Source: Gemmatimonadota bacterium
Lineage (GTDB): Bacteria > Gemmatimonadota > Gemmatimonadetes > Gemmatimonadales > Gemmatimonadaceae
Assembly (NCBI GenBank): GCA_028287235.1
Contig: JAQBQB010000019.1
Coordinates: forward strand, 104,184-168,183
Direction of reading: 5' to 3'
Length of the DNA: 64,000 bases
Shown here: one piece after another, positions 59,613 through 64,000 of the stretch
Layout: each line of letters begins with the position of its first letter
How positions within the stretch are numbered: position 1 is the first letter of the stretch
Position numbers and translations under genes: made by a program
Notes under the pieces: generated by a model
The model's input: the letters and a program-made list of their open reading frames with translations, nothing else
Database searches by the model: none
What the model was told of the DNA's origin: nothing

Positions 59613-59992
59613 GTCTGAAGATCGTCCACACCGATAGCGCGCCGGCAGCCATCGGTCCGTACTCGCAGGGCGTCGTCGCCAATGGCTTTCTCTTCACGGC
59701 GGGGCAGATTGCGCTCGACGCCGCCACCGGCCAAGTCGTGCCCGGCGACGTCGCGGCGCAAACGGAGCGAGTCATGACGAATCTCGCTGCCGTGCTCTCG
59801 ACCGTCGGCGCCTCGTTCAAGGACATCGTCAAGACGACGATTTTCCTTCAGGACATGAGCGACTTCCCGCGCGTGAACGAGGTGTACGGCAAGGCGCTCG
59901 GCGAGGCGCGTCCGGCGCGCTCCACGGTCGCCGTGTCGGGACTGCCGCGCGGCGTGCTCGTCGAGATCGAAGCGGTCGTCGCGATTCCGTGA
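59609..59992 (+). CDS. ridA: RidA/YjgF family reactive intermediate deaminase
   Basis: ..APAAIGPYSQGV...FLFTAGQI.. and ..ARSTV.V..LP.G.LVEIE..A. Confidence 0.9.
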   Translation: MSLKIVHTDSAPAAIGPYSQGVVANGFLFTAGQIALDAATGQVVPGDVAAQTERVMTNLAAVLSTVGASFKDIVKTTIFLQDMSDFPRVNEVYGKALGEARPARSTVAVSGLPRGVLVEIEAVVAIP

Positions 59993-59999
59993 CCCGCTG

Positions 60000-61016
60000 A
60001 TGGTCCGTCTCACGTCGTTCGCGCGCTGTGCCGGATGCGCCGCCAAGCTCGGTGCCGCGGACCTCTCGTTGGCGCTGGGCGATCTCCCGATCATCTCCGA
60101 TCCGCGCCTGATCGTGGGGCGCGAGACGTTCGATGACGCGGGCGTGTTCGTGCTGTCCGACGATCTCGCTCTCGTGCAGACGGTCGACTTCTTCGCGCCG
60201 ATCGTCGACGATCCGTACACCTTTGGGCAGATCGCCGCCGCCAACGCGCTGTCCGACGTTTACGCCATGGGCGGTGAGCCGCTCACCGCACTGAACATCG
60301 TCGGGTTTCCCGCGGGCAAGCTGCCGATCGAGGTGCTCACGGAAATTCTTCGCGGAGGTCAGGACAAAGTCCACGAGGCCGGCGCGTTCGTTGTTGGAGG
60401 GCACAGCATCATCGACGAGGAGCTGAAGTTCGGCCTCTCCGTCACGGGCCGCGTGCATCCAAAGCGCGTGCTCAGTAACGCCCAGGCGACCGCGGGTGAA
60501 CGTCTCGTGCTCACGAAGGCGCTCGGCACCGGCCTGCTCGCGACGGCCGCGAAGCGCGACGTGCTTGGAACACCCGAGACCGCCGCGCTGTACGCATCGA
60601 TGTGCAAGCTCAACGCAACCGCGAGCCGCGCCGCGCTCACCGTGGGCGCCCGGTGCGCCACCGACGTCACGGGGTTCGCTCTCCTGGGGCATGCGTCGCA
60701 CATCGCCAAGGCGAGCAATGTGACGCTCGTCATTCATCCCGATCGCGTGCCGCTGCTCCCCGGCGCGCGCGCCGTGTGGGAGCAGGGAATTCGCACGGGT
60801 GGCGCCGAGCGCAATGAGGCATTTCTCGAGTCGCGCGTCGACTGGGGTGGTGTGTCCGATGTGCTGCACGCGCTCCTCGTCGATCCACAAACGTCCGGCG
60901 GACTGCTGGTCGCCGTGCCCGCGGATCGCGTCGACGAGTACCTTTCGTTGGTTCCCGAGAGTGTCGAGATCGGCGAGGTCGTTCCGCGCCAAAGCCACGG
61001 TCTCGTGCTTGCGTGA
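60000..61016 (+). CDS. selD: Selenide, water dikinase (Cys-type)
   Basis: N-terminal ..RLTSFARCAGCAAKLG.. (Cys/Lys catalytic loop) and an AIR-synthase-like fold (..DDAGV.., ..GGHSI.. and ..DPQTSGGLL..). Confidence 0.93.
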   Translation: MVRLTSFARCAGCAAKLGAADLSLALGDLPIISDPRLIVGRETFDDAGVFVLSDDLALVQTVDFFAPIVDDPYTFGQIAAANALSDVYAMGGEPLTALNIVGFPAGKLPIEVLTEILRGGQDKVHEAGAFVVGGHSIIDEELKFGLSVTGRVHPKRVLSNAQATAGERLVLTKALGTGLLATAAKRDVLGTPETAALYASMCKLNATASRAALTVGARCATDVTGFALLGHASHIAKASNVTLVIHPDRVPLLPGARAVWEQGIRTGGAERNEAFLESRVDWGGVSDVLHALLVDPQTSGGLLVAVPADRVDEYLSLVPESVEIGEVVPRQSHGLVLA

Positions 61017-61023
61017 CACCCGA

Positions 61024-61121
61024 GGGAGTGGATGGAGCCTGGTGGCTCTCACGGTCTTCAAAACCGTTCGCGACCTGACCTTGTCGGGTTGGGTGGGTTC
61101 GATTCCCATGCACTCCCGCCA
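61024..61121 (+). tRNA. selC: tRNA-Sec (anticodon UCA), CCA encoded
   Basis: Anticodon stem ACGGT/ACCGT with loop CTTCAAA, 6-bp D-stem GGAGCC/GGCTCT with 4-nt loop TGGT, long variable arm, T-arm GTGGG-TTCGATT-CCCAT, and acceptor GGGAGTG../..CACTCCC-G-CCA. Confidence 0.85.
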
Positions 61122-61145
61122 ACTCGTGCGAATCGTGGAACACTC

Positions 61146-61736
61146 GTGAAACACTCGCGACTCAGTCGATTGATCAGCGTGCTCGCCGTCGCGGCGTCCA
61201 TCGTCGCCGCGGCGCCCGTTGCCGCCGGTGCGCAGCGGCCCGACAGCGTGCGGCCGCCGCCGCCTCCCGCGCCAGTGTACAACCCGGCGTCGATCGACTC
61301 CTTCAAGCCGCCGGTCACGCCGGGCCGCGCGTTCCTGTCGTCCTTTCTGCTGCCCGGCTACGGGCAGACGCTCCTCGGCCGCCACAAGGCGGGCACCGCC
61401 TTCATTCTCGTCGAGGCGATCTCGCTCGGCATGATTCGCGAGTCGGCCGCCGACGTCCACGAAGCGCGTCGTCTCGCGGGGGATTCGCTGATCCTCTCGT
61501 ACGTGGCACCCGACGGCAGTCCCGTCGTGACCAAGACCAACCGGCGGTTCAGCGATAAGGAGATTCAGACGCGCGAGGCGCACGTCGAGGATTGGATCGC
61601 GCTCCTCGTCGCCAACCACCTGTTCTCGGGGGCCGACGCATTTGTCGCCGCGCACCTGTGGGACGTGCCCGCCCGACTCGCCGTGCGAATGCTGCCGCGC
61701 GGCGGTGCGGTGGTGTCCGCGTCGATGAGGTGGTGA
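61146..61736 (+). CDS. Hypothetical secreted/membrane protein
   Basis: Signal peptide (LISVLAVAASIVAAAPVAAGA), a Pro-rich linker, and a hydrophobic ..FLLPGYGQTLLGRHKAGTAFILVEAISLG.. (DUF5683-like, from memory). GTG start trimmed from 61032. Confidence 0.55.
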   Translation: MKHSRLSRLISVLAVAASIVAAAPVAAGAQRPDSVRPPPPPAPVYNPASIDSFKPPVTPGRAFLSSFLLPGYGQTLLGRHKAGTAFILVEAISLGMIRESAADVHEARRLAGDSLILSYVAPDGSPVVTKTNRRFSDKEIQTREAHVEDWIALLVANHLFSGADAFVAAHLWDVPARLAVRMLPRGGAVVSASMRW

Positions 61737-62539
61737 TGAGCAACTCCGCTCCCGTCGGAGTGTTCGACTCCGGCATCGGCGGTCTGACGGTTGCGCAGGA
61801 AGTCATTCGCCAGCTCCCGCACGAAAGCGTGATCTACTTCGGCGACACGGCGCGCGTACCGTACGGCCCGAAGAGTCCCGATACCGTGCGCCGCTACAGC
61901 CGTGAGATCGCCAGCTTCCTGAACGAGCAGGGCGTGAAGAGCATCGTGATCGCCTGCAACACGGCCACGGCGCACGCACTCACGGCGCTGCGCCAGGAGA
62001 TGGACATGCCGATCATCGGTGTGGTCGAACCGGGCGCCCGCGCGGCGGTCGCGGCCAGCAAGCGCGGACACATCGGCGTGATCGGCACTGCCGGTACGAT
62101 CAAGTCCGGCGCGTACGAGCGCGCCATCCGCGCGCTCGAGCCCGACATCATGATCACTGTGCGCGCCTGCCCGCTGCTCGTGCCACTCGTCGAAGAAGGC
62201 TGGACCGAGCACGAGGCCACGCGTCTCGTCGCGAAGGAGTACCTCCAGCCCATGATCGATGCCGAGATCGACACACTGGTGCTCGGCTGCACGCACTATC
62301 CGCTGCTCAAGGCGCTCATCGCCGACGTGCTCGGGCCCGACGTGCGTCTGATCGACAGCGCCGAAGAGACCGCGGCCGAGACGGCGCGTACGCTCGCCAC
62401 GGCCAATCTCGCGGCGGAGTCCGATGCCGACCCCACCTATCGCTTCATCGCCTCCGACGACCCGCTGCAGTTCCTACAGCTGGGGCAGCGCTTTCTTGGC
62501 GGAACGATGGAAGGCGTCGAGATCCGCACTCTCGGCTGA
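61736..62539 (+). CDS. murI: Glutamate racemase
   Basis: ..VGVFDSGIGGLTV.., ..IVIACNTA.. and ..LVLGCTHYP.. (both catalytic Cys motifs). Confidence 0.93.
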   Translation: MSNSAPVGVFDSGIGGLTVAQEVIRQLPHESVIYFGDTARVPYGPKSPDTVRRYSREIASFLNEQGVKSIVIACNTATAHALTALRQEMDMPIIGVVEPGARAAVAASKRGHIGVIGTAGTIKSGAYERAIRALEPDIMITVRACPLLVPLVEEGWTEHEATRLVAKEYLQPMIDAEIDTLVLGCTHYPLLKALIADVLGPDVRLIDSAEETAAETARTLATANLAAESDADPTYRFIASDDPLQFLQLGQRFLGGTMEGVEIRTLG

Positions 62540-63259
62540 TCCCTCCCATCGGCGGAGCGCGACGCGCTCGTCGGTGACGTGCAGAAAGGTCGGAGCGTCG
62601 AGCCACGAACCTGGATTGGCGTACGCCGCGCCGCCCGGCAAGCGCTCGAGCGTTGCGACGTGAGAATGGCCGAACACCAACAGGTCGAGCGAAGGATCCG
62701 CCTGCTCGGCGCGCGCGGCCGCATCGCGTAGGCCGCGACCGCCGTCGCGCGCGCTGTAGGTGCGGCTGGCGTGCGAGCTCCCCGTGGCGAGCCGAGTCGC
62801 GAGATCGGGATGCAGCCACCGAAAGGAGCGGATGGCCAAAGGACTGCGCAGCACCGGCTTGATCATTCGGTACTTCTTGTCTTCGGCGGGACGCAATCCG
62901 TCGCCGTGCTCGAGCCGCGTCCGCCAGCCGGCGACGTCGTCCACCCACGGCCCGAACCGATAGTCCACGCCGACGTCCTGGCGCAGCACCTCACCGCCCC
63001 AGCAGTCGTGGTTGCCGGCGATCATGAGCACGGGTACGCCTGCGTCGACGACGTCGGCGAGGGCGGCCAATGCACGAAAGCCGCGGCGCGGAATCACCGT
63101 GCGCCACTCGAACCAGAACTCGAAGAGATCGCCGTTCACGACGAGCGAGCCGCCTTGGCGCGCGACGTGGCGAAAGAACGAGACGACGTCTCGCTCCACA
63201 CTCGCCGGCGCGAAGCCGAGATGCGCGTCGGACATGATGTAGCAGGGCGCGTTGAGCAC
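62474..63259 (-). CDS. lpxH: UDP-2,3-diacylglucosamine hydrolase
   Basis: ..YIMSDAHLG.., ..VVNGDLFEFW.. and ..IAGNHD.. calcineurin-like phosphoesterase motifs in LpxH order. Confidence 0.85.
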   Translation of the reverse strand: MLNAPCYIMSDAHLGFAPASVERDVVSFFRHVARQGGSLVVNGDLFEFWFEWRTVIPRRGFRALAALADVVDAGVPVLMIAGNHDCWGGEVLRQDVGVDYRFGPWVDDVAGWRTRLEHGDGLRPAEDKKYRMIKPVLRSPLAIRSFRWLHPDLATRLATGSSHASRTYSARDGGRGLRDAAARAEQADPSLDLLVFGHSHVATLERLPGGAAYANPGSWLDAPTFLHVTDERVALRRWEGSAESADLDAFHRSAKKALPQL

Positions 63260-63322
63260 GCGCGAATTCTACCGAGGCACCGGTCGCTTTACAAACGCGC
63301 GGGGCCTGACGATCTTCGCGGC

Positions 63323-63754
63323 GTGTCCAACGAAACCCCCGATGCCGCGCCGGCGCCGCCCTTCCACGACGTCGAGTTTCGCGTACGGTACGCCGAAACG
63401 GATCAGATGGGCGTGGTCTACCACACGAACTACCTCGTCTGGTGCGAAGTCGGCCGAACTGACTTCATTCGCGCCCGCGGCATGAGTTACGCCGATATGG
63501 AGCGCGCGGGTGTCGGCTTGGCAGTCTCCGAGCTCTCCGCCCGCTTTCACTCCGCCGCGCGCTACGACGACATGATCCGCGTCCGGACGACGCTCGCCGA
63601 GGTGCGCTCGCGCGGAATCACCTTCGAGTACATGATCACCAAGGCAGAAACCGGAACCCGGCTCGTGACCGCGCGCACGGCGCTCGTGTCGATCGACTCC
63701 GCGGGGCGTCCCACGGCGCTTCCGGCCGACGTTCGCGCGTTGTTCGACCGTTGA
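63323..63754 (+). CDS. Acyl-CoA thioesterase, 4HBT/YbgC family
   Basis: ..VRYAETDQMGVVYHTNYLVWCEVGRTDF.. hotdog-fold signature. GTG start trimmed from 62771. Confidence 0.85.
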   Translation: MSNETPDAAPAPPFHDVEFRVRYAETDQMGVVYHTNYLVWCEVGRTDFIRARGMSYADMERAGVGLAVSELSARFHSAARYDDMIRVRTTLAEVRSRGITFEYMITKAETGTRLVTARTALVSIDSAGRPTALPADVRALFDR

Positions 63755-64000
63755 TGCCGCGCGCTCACCTATTGCTGGGGTTCGCCCTGGCCGGCGCCGT
63801 CGCGGCGTGCGCCCCCCGGTTGTCGCCGCTGACCGGAGTCGCGACTCCCGCGGAAAAGCTCCCGCGAAACGGGGTGCCGCGCGGACATCACAAGATCGTC
63901 TTCAACTGGGAGTTCCAGGACGGCGAGATGAACGGCCGTGGCGACGGCGCGGCGCGCATCGCCTATCCGGACAGCGCTCGACTAGACTTCTACCTGGGTG
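63754..64000 (+). CDS. Putative lipoprotein, 3' end cut by window edge
   Basis: My own translation from ATG 63754 gives MPRAHLLLGFALAGAVAACAPRLSPLTG..KIVFNWEFQDGEMNGRGDGAARIAYPDSARLDFYLG. It has a lipobox AVAAC, stays open to the window end, and forms an ATGA-type junction with the thioesterase stop. Confidence 0.5.
   Translation, partial: MPRAHLLLGFALAGAVAACAPRLSPLTGVATPAEKLPRNGVPRGHHKIVFNWEFQDGEMNGRGDGAARIAYPDSARLDFYLG

Noticed and set aside
61122-61736. Searched the genes flanking tRNA-Sec, and adjacent same-frame ORF pairs elsewhere in the window, for an in-frame TGA selenoprotein gene.
   Set aside because: I found no pair of same-frame ORF fragments separated by a single TGA with a downstream hairpin. 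The only split gene (29454-29913) is a frameshift, not a TGA read-through.

Overview
GC-rich bacterial chromosomal segment. The lineage is unknown; gene content and order remind me of Gemmatimonadota-like soil bacteria, but I cannot verify that here. The window is densely packed with about 65 protein genes and 3 tRNAs, many joined by ATGA/GTGA stop-start overlaps. Almost everything is core housekeeping. In order: tadA, two tRNA-Ser, a PAS hybrid histidine kinase, a Crp/Fnr regulator, pyrR-pyrB-pyrC, rpsT, an S2P protease with scpA-scpB-rluB, and a MoxR/DUF58/VWA/TPR Bat-type aerotolerance operon. Then mutL-miaA-bshA-uppP-birA-coaX, CIRCE-controlled groES-groEL, an ArsR-SRPBCC pair, an amidohydrolase, and a Roadblock/receiver/sugar-nucleotide operon. 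Then serS, a histidine kinase, uvrD/pcrA, gatCAB, murA-pgeF, rimP-nusA-L7Ae-infB-rbfA-truB-ribF, secDF, tatD-ridA-selD-tRNA-Sec, murI, lpxH and a thioesterase. I see no transposase, integrase, phage gene, CRISPR array, toxin-antitoxin pair or recognisable defence system. I do not find a convincing novel multi-gene system. The best second-look candidates are: (a) a five-gene, translationally coupled Roadblock/LC7 + CheY-receiver + nucleotide-sugar enzyme + MBL operon with no GTPase partner; (b) a stand-alone HARE-HTH protein paired with an unrecognisable 128-aa protein; (c) selD followed directly by tRNA-Sec; (d) a 1-nt frameshift splitting the SRPBCC gene of the ArsR operon; (e) an intrinsic terminator and C-rich tandem repeats in the leader of the rimP-nusA-infB operon, with similar C-tract/G-quadruplex motifs just upstream of two other genes; (f) a REP/MITE-like 74-nt palindrome. 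The many long Arg/Ala/Pro-rich ORFs antisense to real genes in the ORF track are GC-content artefacts. Several ORF-track starts were trimmed to internal starts that fit stop-start coupling and family N-termini.
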